From IMG/VR virus record IMGVR_UViG_3300020578_000011: a stretch of 64,000 nt of DNA. One strand, given 5' to 3'. The position numbers were made by a program, and so were the translations under genes. The DNA is from a virus. Shown piece by piece: positions 28,538 to 37,676 of the stretch (position 1 is its first letter; each line of letters opens with the position of its first letter). The notes under the pieces were generated by a model. It had not been told where the DNA came from, searched no databases, and was given only the letters and a program-made list of their open reading frames with translations.

Positions 28538-31243
28538 GTGTTTCAGAAGGATGAGGAGACAATCGACGTATTATCGACCCGTCATCTTGGTCTTATTCCA
28601 GAAGGCCATCCTGATCGTAAAAAAATAGCTCAGCATATTAATAATCTAAGAACATCAAATCCAAATGAAGCAAGACGTTTGTATGATCGTTTCATAAGTG
28701 GTGGCGGTAGCTACATCAAAGATAAATCTGAAATTAATATTAAAGTAAATAAATCAGAAAATAATATTAATTTAACTTTAAAAAATCATTTTGAAGGTTC
28801 TTCTACTTCTCCAACTGAGTACCACTATTCGGTTCACAAAAATGGTGATGAAATTGGTCGTGCAATTGTCTTTGATAAAGACCCAAGATCAATACACTCT
28901 CAAGGCAAAGAAGGTGCTTCTTTAAAAGATATAAGAATAAAACCAGAACATCATGGCAAAGGATACTCTGAGCACATAATCAATTCACTTGTTGAAAAAC
29001 ATGGTCCACTTGCGTCCGATAGTAGAGGAAATATATCCGAAGCCGGACATAAGATGTTTAGTAAATATGGTTCTTCAATAAAATCAAAAGAAAATAAAGA
29101 TTTATATATGTTTGGAGGATCTGTGAAAAAATATTTATCTACTGAAAAATTACCTTTGTATTCTGAGTACATAGAACCGCTACAAAAGGGCGAGAAGTTT
29201 CCTCATTTTTTGAATTTCATGGGTAACCACCCTAAAGCTCGAGAAACAGCTCAATGGGTTGATGAAAATATAAAACACAGAAATTTGGCTGAGTTAGCTA
29301 TGCGTCATGCAAAAACTAAGCCAGAGGGTCTTAACGACGAAGAAAAAACTCACATTAAGCACTTTAATGATTCACTGCATATGCCAGAAGTTCAAAAGGC
29401 TGCCGGTTCGATAACAAGTCAGCATGATTTTTCTAGTGGAATTGAGCTATTGAAAGAAGCGGAATCTGCTTATCAAAAAAGACATGCAAAAGAAGCTCCT
29501 ACGTTAGTTTCGACGGAAGGAGAAAAGTTATTAGATTTTGGCGATGGAGTTGGTGTTTATAGACTTCCGTTAAATGCAGACCGTAAAAATAAAAACGAAG
29601 CCACAGCTATGGGCCATTGTGCTACTCCACATAAAGGCGGGGAGTTGTGGTCTATTAGACGTGACCACGGTAATGGAATGGTTGAACCTTTAATATCCAT
29701 ATCGCACGAAGGCGGCTATCTTGGTGAAATGAAAGGAAAACATAATTGGAAGCCATCAGCAAAACATCACGGACATATTGCTAAGTTGTTGGCGTCCGAT
29801 AAAATTAAAGGGTTTGTTGGAGGAGGGTATGCTCCAGAAAGCAACTTTGAAATTTCTGATTTAAGTGAAGGATTTAAGAATAAATTATTAGAATATAAGC
29901 CATCTTTAATTCAAAAAGTTTATAAAGAAAATTTGCCAGAAGGGTTTCAAGGAGACTATAATCATACTCCTGAAATTAAAAGTATTTTTAGTACAAGTGA
30001 TTTAGCTGCTCAACAAAAATATTTAGCAAAAATTAGTGAAAATACGGACCAGCGTAGACGTGTTCTCTGGAGCGCAGCAACAAACCCACACACACACCCA
30101 GACATTCTTCACAAACTAGCAGAAGACTCTGACCAAGATGTTGTCTGGAGCGTATCACATAACCCAAATACACATCCAGATACTCTCCACAAACTAGCAG
30201 AAGACTCTGACTACGGTGTTCTCTGGAGCGTATCAACAAACCCAAATACACATCCAGATACTCTTCACAAACTAGCAGAAGACCCTGGATACGAGTTACG
30301 CGAAAACGTAGCACTACACCCAAATACACATCCAGATACTCTCCACAAACTAGCAGAAGACCCTTATGTTCGCAAAAGCGTAGCAACAAACCCACAATTC
30401 AAAAATTTACCGCTAGAAATACAACAAAAAGTAAGACCACTTGTAAATACACCTATTCAAAAAATTATTGCTATGATTAATGATGGAGAAAATAACCCAG
30501 ACCCTGCTCATGAAGCAACAGAAGAGCTAAAATTACGCCGTCAAGAAAAATACGACAAAATTCTTTCTCCAGAAGGAAACTTAAGTGATATTCAGCATTT
30601 ATCTGAATCACACAATAATAATATTGCAAGACGAGCTAGAAATGAATTAAAACGCAGAGGATTACAAAAATCAGATCTTGAGCATAGTTTAGAATTTGCT
30701 AAAAAATACAAATCTTTAGCCAAGCATGCAGTAGATCAAGGAGACAAAGAAGGTGCTACTAAATATATGAAATCTTTATTAATTCATTTACAAAAAAGTT
30801 ATCAATTTTTAAACAATGAAAGATTTGAAAAATCTCAAAAAAATCACCCTAAAGGTGGTCTTTCTAGAAAAGAAGCTAAAAAACACGGAATACATGCCGG
30901 CATAGAAACACACGATGAAGTTAAGAGAAAAGGTGGAGTAAGCAAACTATCTAACAAAACATCTGCTCGACGTAGAAGTTTTTGTGCTCGCCACTGTGGG
31001 ATGAAGCGCAAGTTTCCTAAAGCATACAAAGATAGGCAGTCAAAAGGAAACAAAGCACTCCGCGTATGGCATTGTGGATCTTGTTCTAATTGGCTTAAGA
31101 AATCAATTGGAGCAGATGATACAATAAAATTCTATGAAGATCAAGACAATTTAATAATAGAATTTGACAATGATGTTCCACATGAAATAGAAACACTTGT
31201 CGTCGCATCTATTCTAGCTAAAGGATTTAAAGAAAATGAATAA
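28538..31243 (+). CDS. Multidomain polyprotein: GNAT-like, PcfJ-like, LRV/HEAT-like repeats, 'RRRSFCAR' (DUF6321-like) domain
   Basis: IKPEHHGKGYS (GNAT motif A); EATAMGHC...WSIR...EMKGKHN; NPNTHPDTLHKLAED repeats; GGL...RRRSFCARHCGMK...NKALRVWHC. Confidence 0.65.
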   Translation: MFQKDEETIDVLSTRHLGLIPEGHPDRKKIAQHINNLRTSNPNEARRLYDRFISGGGSYIKDKSEINIKVNKSENNINLTLKNHFEGSSTSPTEYHYSVHKNGDEIGRAIVFDKDPRSIHSQGKEGASLKDIRIKPEHHGKGYSEHIINSLVEKHGPLASDSRGNISEAGHKMFSKYGSSIKSKENKDLYMFGGSVKKYLSTEKLPLYSEYIEPLQKGEKFPHFLNFMGNHPKARETAQWVDENIKHRNLAELAMRHAKTKPEGLNDEEKTHIKHFNDSLHMPEVQKAAGSITSQHDFSSGIELLKEAESAYQKRHAKEAPTLVSTEGEKLLDFGDGVGVYRLPLNADRKNKNEATAMGHCATPHKGGELWSIRRDHGNGMVEPLISISHEGGYLGEMKGKHNWKPSAKHHGHIAKLLASDKIKGFVGGGYAPESNFEISDLSEGFKNKLLEYKPSLIQKVYKENLPEGFQGDYNHTPEIKSIFSTSDLAAQQKYLAKISENTDQRRRVLWSAATNPHTHPDILHKLAEDSDQDVVWSVSHNPNTHPDTLHKLAEDSDYGVLWSVSTNPNTHPDTLHKLAEDPGYELRENVALHPNTHPDTLHKLAEDPYVRKSVATNPQFKNLPLEIQQKVRPLVNTPIQKIIAMINDGENNPDPAHEATEELKLRRQEKYDKILSPEGNLSDIQHLSESHNNNIARRARNELKRRGLQKSDLEHSLEFAKKYKSLAKHAVDQGDKEGATKYMKSLLIHLQKSYQFLNNERFEKSQKNHPKGGLSRKEAKKHGIHAGIETHDEVKRKGGVSKLSNKTSARRRSFCARHCGMKRKFPKAYKDRQSKGNKALRVWHCGSCSNWLKKSIGADDTIKFYEDQDNLIIEFDNDVPHEIETLVVASILAKGFKENE
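30062..30398 (+). repeat. About 4.5 coding tandem repeats of 78 nt (26-aa LRV-like)
   Basis: Units start at 30062, 30140, 30218, 30296 and 30368. Confidence 0.9.
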
Positions 31244-32180
31244 AGAATTAATAGAACTTTATAAATCAAAACCAGAACTAATAGACGAGCACAAGAAACT
31301 TGTTCAAGTTCTTCGCCACGGCACCGATACTGAACAAAAAAAAGAAGCAGAACGTCAGCTAAAAGAACTTAAAGAAATGTTAAATAAAGAAGAGAAAAAC
31401 TCTGATGATAAAAAAACACACTTGTCTACAGATGGAAAAACCTTTATCAATGGTTCTAGCATTAAAAAAATCTTAGATAGAGGGGTGAAGAATGGAGTGC
31501 AAACAAGAACATATGAAATGCATGATGGATCTGTAAAAGAAGCATACTTTCCCCACTATGAAGAATTAAAAAATTCTCCTAATCATTATCAATTAAGTAA
31601 ACTAACTAAAGAAGAATTAGAAAAAAGATGCTGGGAAGGATACAGACCCGTTGCCGGTAAAAAGCCGTATGAAAAGGGCTCTTGCGAACCTGTGTCAAAG
31701 CAAGAAGTGTTAAAAATAGAAAAAAATGGCCAATGGTCTCTTGATAAGAGCAATAATATAAAACCTTTTGGTGAAAATATATTTGATACTACAGCAAATA
31801 TTCAAAGAAAAGCTAAAAGACTTGGTGAGGTTCAAGAAGGAGTGGGTGCTAATCAAGCTGTTCATCCGTTCACAGGCCTTTGAGGAACTGCTAATGAACA
31901 AGCAAAAAGAAAATCTCAAGAAGACATTGAACAAAGCAAGAAAAAAGTAACTTCATACGATTTTTCTGGCGTCAAGCCAGAGCACCATGCTCAGGTTGTG
32001 GAAAGAATCAAAGCAGGAGAGGGTATCGAGACTTTATCTGAACTTGGTTTGAAACAAATTATAAGCGATTCTGCTAGTGTTAAAAGAAAAGAAAAAGCTA
32101 GTAGAAAAAGAAAAAATAAATCAATTGATTTAGGTGTTCTAAAACTTAAAAAAAAGAAAAAACCTAAAAATAATATATGA
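31236..32180 (+). CDS. Putative head cargo protein (CWxGY and KNGQWSL motifs), interrupted by an in-frame TGA at 31881-31883
   Basis: CWEGYRPVAGKKPYEKGSC and EVLKIEKNGQWSLDKS. The frame stays open for a further 98 sense codons after the TGA. Confidence 0.65.
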
Positions 32181-32215
32181 TATTATAATTAATAATATTA
32201 ATAAAGGTTTGTTTT

Positions 32216-32638
32216 ATGAACGATGACAAAATAGATGATCTTAAAAAAGAAATGTCAGACGTAAGATATACCACGTCTCAAATAAATGAAAAAGTTAATG
32301 ATATTAAATTAGATATTGCTTCTCATGTTGCTGATTTTCGTGAACAAGTTGTAACACAAAAACACATGCAAGAAAATCTAAGCATGATTGCCAAGGCTCT
32401 TCAACAGAACACAGATAGTTTAATAGAACATATGGCAAGAACAAAGACAAATGAAGTTGCCATAGAAGAATTAAAAAACATATCCATCAATATTGATAAA
32501 AGATTAAGTCCATTAGAGATAAGTCAGATAGAAAAAAATACAATAAATAAAATATGGAAAAAAATAGGCTGGGCAATAGGAACAATTGCCACTCTAGTGT
32601 CTTTCGTGTATACAATATTTAATATTTTATCAAAATGA
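32216..32638 (+). CDS. Coiled-coil protein with C-terminal TM helix (holin/XhlA-like)
   Basis: C-terminal IGWAIGTIATLVSFVYTIF. Confidence 0.5.
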   Translation: MNDDKIDDLKKEMSDVRYTTSQINEKVNDIKLDIASHVADFREQVVTQKHMQENLSMIAKALQQNTDSLIEHMARTKTNEVAIEELKNISINIDKRLSPLEISQIEKNTINKIWKKIGWAIGTIATLVSFVYTIFNILSK

Positions 32639-32672
32639 GTATAATTATGTTGATCATTGGAGATGTTTTTAA

Positions 32673-33392
32673 ATGGGAAAGATTTTAATAGGCAAAGATG
32701 ATTCTTCTCTTAAAGAATCAAGTTTTAAAAAAGAAAATCAATTTGAAACATTATTTAATAAAATTAAAGATATAGAAACCCTTCTCTTTTCTTCAGAGAA
32801 AACCGATTATTCTTATGATGTTGATTTTAAATCATTATTAAAATCTCAAGATTTAAATAGTTTACAAGAAAATTTAAACAACATTGATAAAAAAACAAAC
32901 GTTCTAGAAAAAACAGATTTTAAAATAAAATCAATTCTAGAATCATTGGAGCTTTTTGCCTTAAATAATAACGAATTAAAAGAACTTATAAAACAAACAT
33001 TGCAACATGTAAACGAACTCGAACTAAACTATATAAATCTTAACAATGCAGCAAAACAAGAATATATTAATTATTTTAAATTTTTGGAAATAAATTTAGT
33101 AAAAACACTAAATGAAATAAGCATTATAAATTCAAAGATTGATGAGCAAAATAAAAACAATAAAAATAATTTTTTATTAGATAGTCTTGAAAAAATAAAA
33201 GAAGAAAATAACAACAACAATACTCAATTAGCCATTTTATTAAATCATCTTATTGTTGAATTTAAAAATTTTAAAACAAATCAAGGTAGAAAAGAAGAAG
33301 AGGAGAATGTTAGACAAAAAAGATTAAAATTTATATTAAAAATTTGTATTACCTTAAATATTGTATCGGTTTTATTTGCATATTTTTTATAA
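32673..33392 (+). CDS. Coiled-coil membrane-anchored protein
   Basis: C-terminal hydrophobic helix. Confidence 0.6.
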   Translation: MGKILIGKDDSSLKESSFKKENQFETLFNKIKDIETLLFSSEKTDYSYDVDFKSLLKSQDLNSLQENLNNIDKKTNVLEKTDFKIKSILESLELFALNNNELKELIKQTLQHVNELELNYINLNNAAKQEYINYFKFLEINLVKTLNEISIINSKIDEQNKNNKNNFLLDSLEKIKEENNNNNTQLAILLNHLIVEFKNFKTNQGRKEEEENVRQKRLKFILKICITLNIVSVLFAYFL

Positions 33393-33440
33393 AACTTTAA
33401 CATAAATGCGAGAGTTTTCATCTTTTAAGGAGGCTAAAAG

Positions 33441-34235
33441 ATGGCCGGAAATGCTACAAAATCTAGTTCTTTAACACATATAAGTCAAGCTACGCTTGAT
33501 GAAATTAGTCAATCTGTTAAAACAACCGTTTTAATTGATGGTGAACCAGTTAGTCATTCCAATCCCTTACCTATAGACGCAAACATAACAGTTCAATCTA
33601 TTCAAACAACTTCTAATGTTAGAATAGAAGCCAACAACCAATCAGTAAGTGATTCAAATCCTCTTCCTGTATACGGTTCTGTTGATGTTGATGGATTAAA
33701 AGTAAATGGTTTTTATGTAAGTCAATCAAATCCTCTACCTGTGGATCTAACAGATGTAGAAATTGCTGTTTCTTTAAATAAAAATTCAGATTCAGTTCAG
33801 TCTTTTCAGGGTGAGTCTTCTCCAGGGGTAGTTGTCCCATGGAAAGTCGAATCTGAGAATTTAGATATAAGAAACATAAACCATACAATAGATAGTATAA
33901 AAATAGGAAATGGATCGACTTTTCTTCATATCGACCAAGATGGAAGCATTAACACAGTCTCTGTATTAGAGCAAACTTATTTAAGTGCAAATATAATAGT
34001 AGGAACTTCTCAAATTGAAATTAAAACAGGAATATCTAGATTAAGCAGTCGCAAGATGGTCAGTGTTCATAATTATGGTCCTAATATTATATACATAGGC
34101 CCCAGTGGAGTAACTTCGACAACGGGAAGACCTCTTTTTGTGGACCAGTGCATGGATATGCCAATAGGTAACATGGCTGTGTACGCTATTTCAGAAGAAC
34201 CAGGAAATTCTATAATAGTTCAGGAGATTGGTTGA
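33441..34235 (+). CDS. Virion structural protein (SNPLPV repeats)
   Basis: Three VS.SNPLP repeats; C-terminal 'RK.VSVHN...IYIG' beta domain. Confidence 0.65.
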   Translation: MAGNATKSSSLTHISQATLDEISQSVKTTVLIDGEPVSHSNPLPIDANITVQSIQTTSNVRIEANNQSVSDSNPLPVYGSVDVDGLKVNGFYVSQSNPLPVDLTDVEIAVSLNKNSDSVQSFQGESSPGVVVPWKVESENLDIRNINHTIDSIKIGNGSTFLHIDQDGSINTVSVLEQTYLSANIIVGTSQIEIKTGISRLSSRKMVSVHNYGPNIIYIGPSGVTSTTGRPLFVDQCMDMPIGNMAVYAISEEPGNSIIVQEIG

Positions 34236-34654
34236 TGATTAGAGTATCGCCAACAGCAAGATCAATTCCTTTCGATAAAATAAACTCTAATGTAAATTTT
34301 AATAATTTACAAGAAGCAGTTGAATCTTTAAATAGTGAAATAATAATTGTTCAAAATGAAACAGCAGCTGTATATGATTCTATAAAAGCATACAGAGATG
34401 AGTTCATTGTCACTCAAAGTGTGATTCAAAACGGAATTGAATTATCAGCGTCAAAGGTATCCGACATAATTCCTAATTCTGTAATTGCTTTTGTAGATAG
34501 AGTAGGTTTGTTTGAGAATTTTGATTTTCAATTAATAAATGGACCGAATGATAAGGTTAAATTTAACTTTCTTCAACAAGCAACAGATATTCAAAATGGC
34601 TTTGTAGAAGGCGGTGAGTATTTAAGAATTCATTATTTAACTAGATTAAAATAA
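34235..34654 (+). CDS. Virion structural protein
   Basis: ARSIPFD...NLQEAVESL motif; C-terminal LRIHY domain. Confidence 0.6.
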   Translation: MIRVSPTARSIPFDKINSNVNFNNLQEAVESLNSEIIIVQNETAAVYDSIKAYRDEFIVTQSVIQNGIELSASKVSDIIPNSVIAFVDRVGLFENFDFQLINGPNDKVKFNFLQQATDIQNGFVEGGEYLRIHYLTRLK

Positions 34655-34670
34655 TCTAAGCCTGAAGTCA

Positions 34671-34713
34671 TGATACAATTATCGTATCTTGATCCAAAAG
34701 GAGAGATACGATG
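34671..34713 (+). promoter_or_regulatory. TGATACAAT promoter plus an RBS-sequestering hairpin
   Basis: ATCGTATCT (34681-89) pairs with AGATACGAT (34704-12); the extended stem covers the SD and the start codon. Confidence 0.6.
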
Positions 34714-35754
34714 GCTTTGCAAATTAAAAGTAAATTTATTCAAGATGAAGCAATTGATGGTGATAAACTTAAATTAAAATCAGGTCAAGCTGTCCGCTTG
34801 CGAAAAGCAGACAATACTGAAGTTCGTTTAATTGAACTTGATGAGGCTTCTGGAAAAGTAGAAGTACTTGGTCAACCTATTGCTTTAGAGGCAGCTCTTC
34901 TTCAAGAAGTACAAGATCGCATAGCTGGCGATGATGCACTAGACACAAGATTAGATATTATAGAAGGACCAGATACTCAAGCTGGATCTATTTTAAAAGC
35001 TTTAAAAGATGCAAAAGCATATGTAGATGATGTTGTTGGTGTTTCTTCTACCGTTGTATCTACCTTTGCAAATCTTTCTACCTACATGTCAGATGGAGAT
35101 GCAGCAACTGGCCTTATCAATAGTGTCGGTGCTGTTCGCGATGAGTTAGATGCAACTCAATCTGGTGCTGGATTAAATTCAAACGGTTCCTATTATGCAA
35201 ATGGTTCAGCAAATTATATTGCAGCAGCTGTTTCATTAAAAGATGCTGATAATAAATTAGATGCTGCAATAAAAGCAGAAGAAGCTAGAGCACTAGCGGC
35301 CGAAGCAGCCGAAGCATCTGCTCGCCAAGCTGCAGATTCAGCTCTCCAATCTGATATAGATGCAGAAGAAGCTAGAGCACTAGCAGCCGAAGCAGCTCTC
35401 CAATCTGACATAGATGCAGAAGAAGCTAGAGCGTCAGGCGCAGAGACAGCATTAGATGGCCGCTTGGATGTTTTAGAAGCTCGTCTTTTTCGTAAACAAA
35501 AATTTACATTAGTAGCTCAAGATATCACAAATGGATACGTTGAGCTTTCATTAGAAGCTATGGAAAATTCAATCGTGGCATCTGTTGGTCGTCTAATGAT
35601 ACATGAAGGAGTGGGAGAAGATTTTACTGTTTCTGTTGTTGGTCCAGTTGGAGCTAAAAAAACTCGTATTACATTTGTGGGAAATTTAATTGAACCTAGT
35701 GAAGAAAAATTAGAAGCTGGTGATGTTTTATACGTTCGTTATATGAATGTTTAA
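34711..35754 (+). CDS. Coiled-coil fibre protein
   Basis: [21 protein letters not shown] repeats and a C-terminal beta domain. Confidence 0.7.
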   Translation: MALQIKSKFIQDEAIDGDKLKLKSGQAVRLRKADNTEVRLIELDEASGKVEVLGQPIALEAALLQEVQDRIAGDDALDTRLDIIEGPDTQAGSILKALKDAKAYVDDVVGVSSTVVSTFANLSTYMSDGDAATGLINSVGAVRDELDATQSGAGLNSNGSYYANGSANYIAAAVSLKDADNKLDAAIKAEEARALAAEAAEASARQAADSALQSDIDAEEARALAAEAALQSDIDAEEARASGAETALDGRLDVLEARLFRKQKFTLVAQDITNGYVELSLEAMENSIVASVGRLMIHEGVGEDFTVSVVGPVGAKKTRITFVGNLIEPSEEKLEAGDVLYVRYMNV

Positions 35755-35774
35755 TAAATACTAATATTTCTATA

Positions 35775-35824
35775 TGATATAATATACACAAGTCATTTTT
35801 ATAGATAACTTGTGTATATTTTTT
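35775..35824 (+). terminator. 13-bp inverted repeat plus T-run, overlapping a TGATATAAT promoter
   Basis: AATATACACAAGT (35781-93) and ACTTGTGTATATT (35808-20), followed by TTTT. Confidence 0.6.
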
Positions 35825-35854
35825 ATAAAATACTTGTTTTTTAAAGGAGATAGT

Positions 35855-36208
35855 GTGAGTTTTGCTAAAAAATATGCAACAAGTCAATTAGGTGTCCTTG
35901 AATACAAAGGAACATGGAACGCAAACTCAAATTATCCTTCTTTGACTAGTTCCGTTGGCGACAAAGGTGATTATTATATTGTATCTGTTGCTGGTGCAGC
36001 ACCATTAAATGGAATAACCGATTGGCAACCCGGAGATTGGGTTATTTTTTCCGGAACTGAATGGCAAAAACTTGATAATAGTGAAAGTGTTACAAGTGTA
36101 AATGGACAAACCGGAAATGTGGTTATAGACCAAATCGGCGAACTAGATGGCGGCGAAGCACATACCCTTTATGGTGGAAATGGCGTTTTTAGCGGAGGAG
36201 GTGCATAA
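35855..36208 (+). CDS. Tail fibre-associated protein
   Basis: YKGTWNA...GDYYIV...GDWVIF..W.K and VTSVNGQTG; SD AGGAG before GTG 35855. Confidence 0.7.
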   Translation: MSFAKKYATSQLGVLEYKGTWNANSNYPSLTSSVGDKGDYYIVSVAGAAPLNGITDWQPGDWVIFSGTEWQKLDNSESVTSVNGQTGNVVIDQIGELDGGEAHTLYGGNGVFSGGGA

Positions 36209-36450
36209 TGGCAGTTAAAATTCAACTTCGACGAGATACTGCGGCAAATTGGCAAAGTGTCAACCCAGTATTATCTATTGGCGAACCTGCGATTGAAATT
36301 GATACAGGTCAAGTCAAAATCGGAAATGGTGTTGACGCTTGGAACTCTTTACAATATACCCTAAATATTGAACGGCTTGAGAATATCGATGGCGGAACGC
36401 CAAGTAGTAATTATGTTTCAGCACAAAGCATATCAGGAGGAACACCCTAA
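36208..36450 (+). CDS. Stand-alone Mtd N-terminal domain protein
   Basis: IQLRRDTAANW..NPVL..GE...DT..KIGNG...W..L.Y. Confidence 0.8.
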   Translation: MAVKIQLRRDTAANWQSVNPVLSIGEPAIEIDTGQVKIGNGVDAWNSLQYTLNIERLENIDGGTPSSNYVSAQSISGGTP

Positions 36451-37676
36451 TGGCTATTCAAATTCAACTTCGACGCGGAACCGCTGCACAATGGACTGCA
36501 GCAAATCCCGTTTTGGCTCAAGGTGAAATGGGCGTAGAAACAGATACACAACAGTTTAAGATTGGTAATGGGACAACCGCATGGAGTTCGCTTAGTTACG
36601 GTGGGTTGCAAGGCGCCACCGTTTCGTCAGTAAATGGTCTGGTCGGAGCGGTTAGCTTAGGTTCTGACCAAGTTTCTGAAGGTTCGCAAAATCTTTACTT
36701 TACTGAAACGCGAGCAAAAAGCGCCGCAGTTATTAATAATATGTCTGGTTTGCAATCAGATGCAGCTCCGTCTGTATCTGCCGTTAAAGATTACGCTGCG
36801 CAATATATGAAAAAAGGCTCTGCAATTTGGTGCCTAGCCGGAGGCGAATACCCAACCTTGCAAGCAGCTATTGACGCGGCATCTCCGGGACAAGTTATCT
36901 TACTTGGCGAAGGCGTTTGGGGAGACGCAACGCTCAAGGGGCGCGTTGATATTATTGGATTGGGTGTGCCAAGAAACATCGGTATTGTTGTTGGCAAGCT
37001 TAGCTTTGCTCCAACAAGTGGCTCAGCTGTAGACAACCAAGTGTTTATTTCAAATATACTCATTAGTGCCAGTTCTGCAGCCAGCGGCATTTCACTTGGC
37101 GGTACAGCTCCAGTGCGCCTTAATTTAAGTGGTTGCTACGTGTACAGAGGATCTGGGACATCGAGCTTGGTAAGTCTAACAAATACAGATACATCTGCCA
37201 CAAGTGTCAGAATGGACGGATGTACTATTAATTCCGGCGGAGCAGACGGAACGTTGGTTACAACGAATGTAAGATTCTTAAGAATTACTAATTCTGACCT
37301 TTATGGAGCATCAAAAGCATTGGTTGTAAACGGTGGCCTTGCGCAAGTTGCATTTTCGGGTATTGAAACCAATTCTGCTACTGAAATCATTCAGGTTGCG
37401 GCGGGAGCGACATGTGCAATTAGTTCATCCCTTGTTCGTAACCTAACCGCAAACGGAAGCGGAGTTTCTGTTGCTACAAATGGTGCGTTTGTCGCTTCTA
37501 CTCTTACTATGTTTGATGTGGCAAGTGGCACAGGATACTGCGTAAGAGGTACCGGAACAATGATTTATGATGTTATTTCTTTTAATCATATTAATGGTTT
37601 GCAGCCAAGAAATATAAAATTGCAAAATACTCTTGGGATTGTTCAATTGCCTTCTACTCCTACCTTGGTGCCATAA
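36450..37676 (+). CDS. Tailspike-like receptor-binding protein (Mtd-N plus beta-helix)
   Basis: Mtd-N motif, NLYFTETRA, YPTLQAAIDAA..G..I.L..G (start of a pectin-lyase-like helix). Confidence 0.75.
   Translation: MAIQIQLRRGTAAQWTAANPVLAQGEMGVETDTQQFKIGNGTTAWSSLSYGGLQGATVSSVNGLVGAVSLGSDQVSEGSQNLYFTETRAKSAAVINNMSGLQSDAAPSVSAVKDYAAQYMKKGSAIWCLAGGEYPTLQAAIDAASPGQVILLGEGVWGDATLKGRVDIIGLGVPRNIGIVVGKLSFAPTSGSAVDNQVFISNILISASSAASGISLGGTAPVRLNLSGCYVYRGSGTSSLVSLTNTDTSATSVRMDGCTINSGGADGTLVTTNVRFLRITNSDLYGASKALVVNGGLAQVAFSGIETNSATEIIQVAAGATCAISSSLVRNLTANGSGVSVATNGAFVASTLTMFDVASGTGYCVRGTGTMIYDVISFNHINGLQPRNIKLQNTLGIVQLPSTPTLVP

Noticed and set aside
28532-28540. TGA readthrough fusing the 27986 and 28538 ORFs (same frame)
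   Set aside because: A well-spaced GAGGAG SD precedes GTG 28538, so independent initiation is the simpler explanation.
30062-30398. CRISPR-like array
   Set aside because: The repeats are in-frame coding units with no unique spacers and no cas genes. The same applies to 18180-18265 and the fibre repeats.
36208-37676. Diversity-generating retroelement suggested by the Mtd-N domains
   Set aside because: No reverse transcriptase, Avd or adenine-variable TR/VR pair was seen, and the C-terminus is beta-helix-like rather than a C-type lectin.
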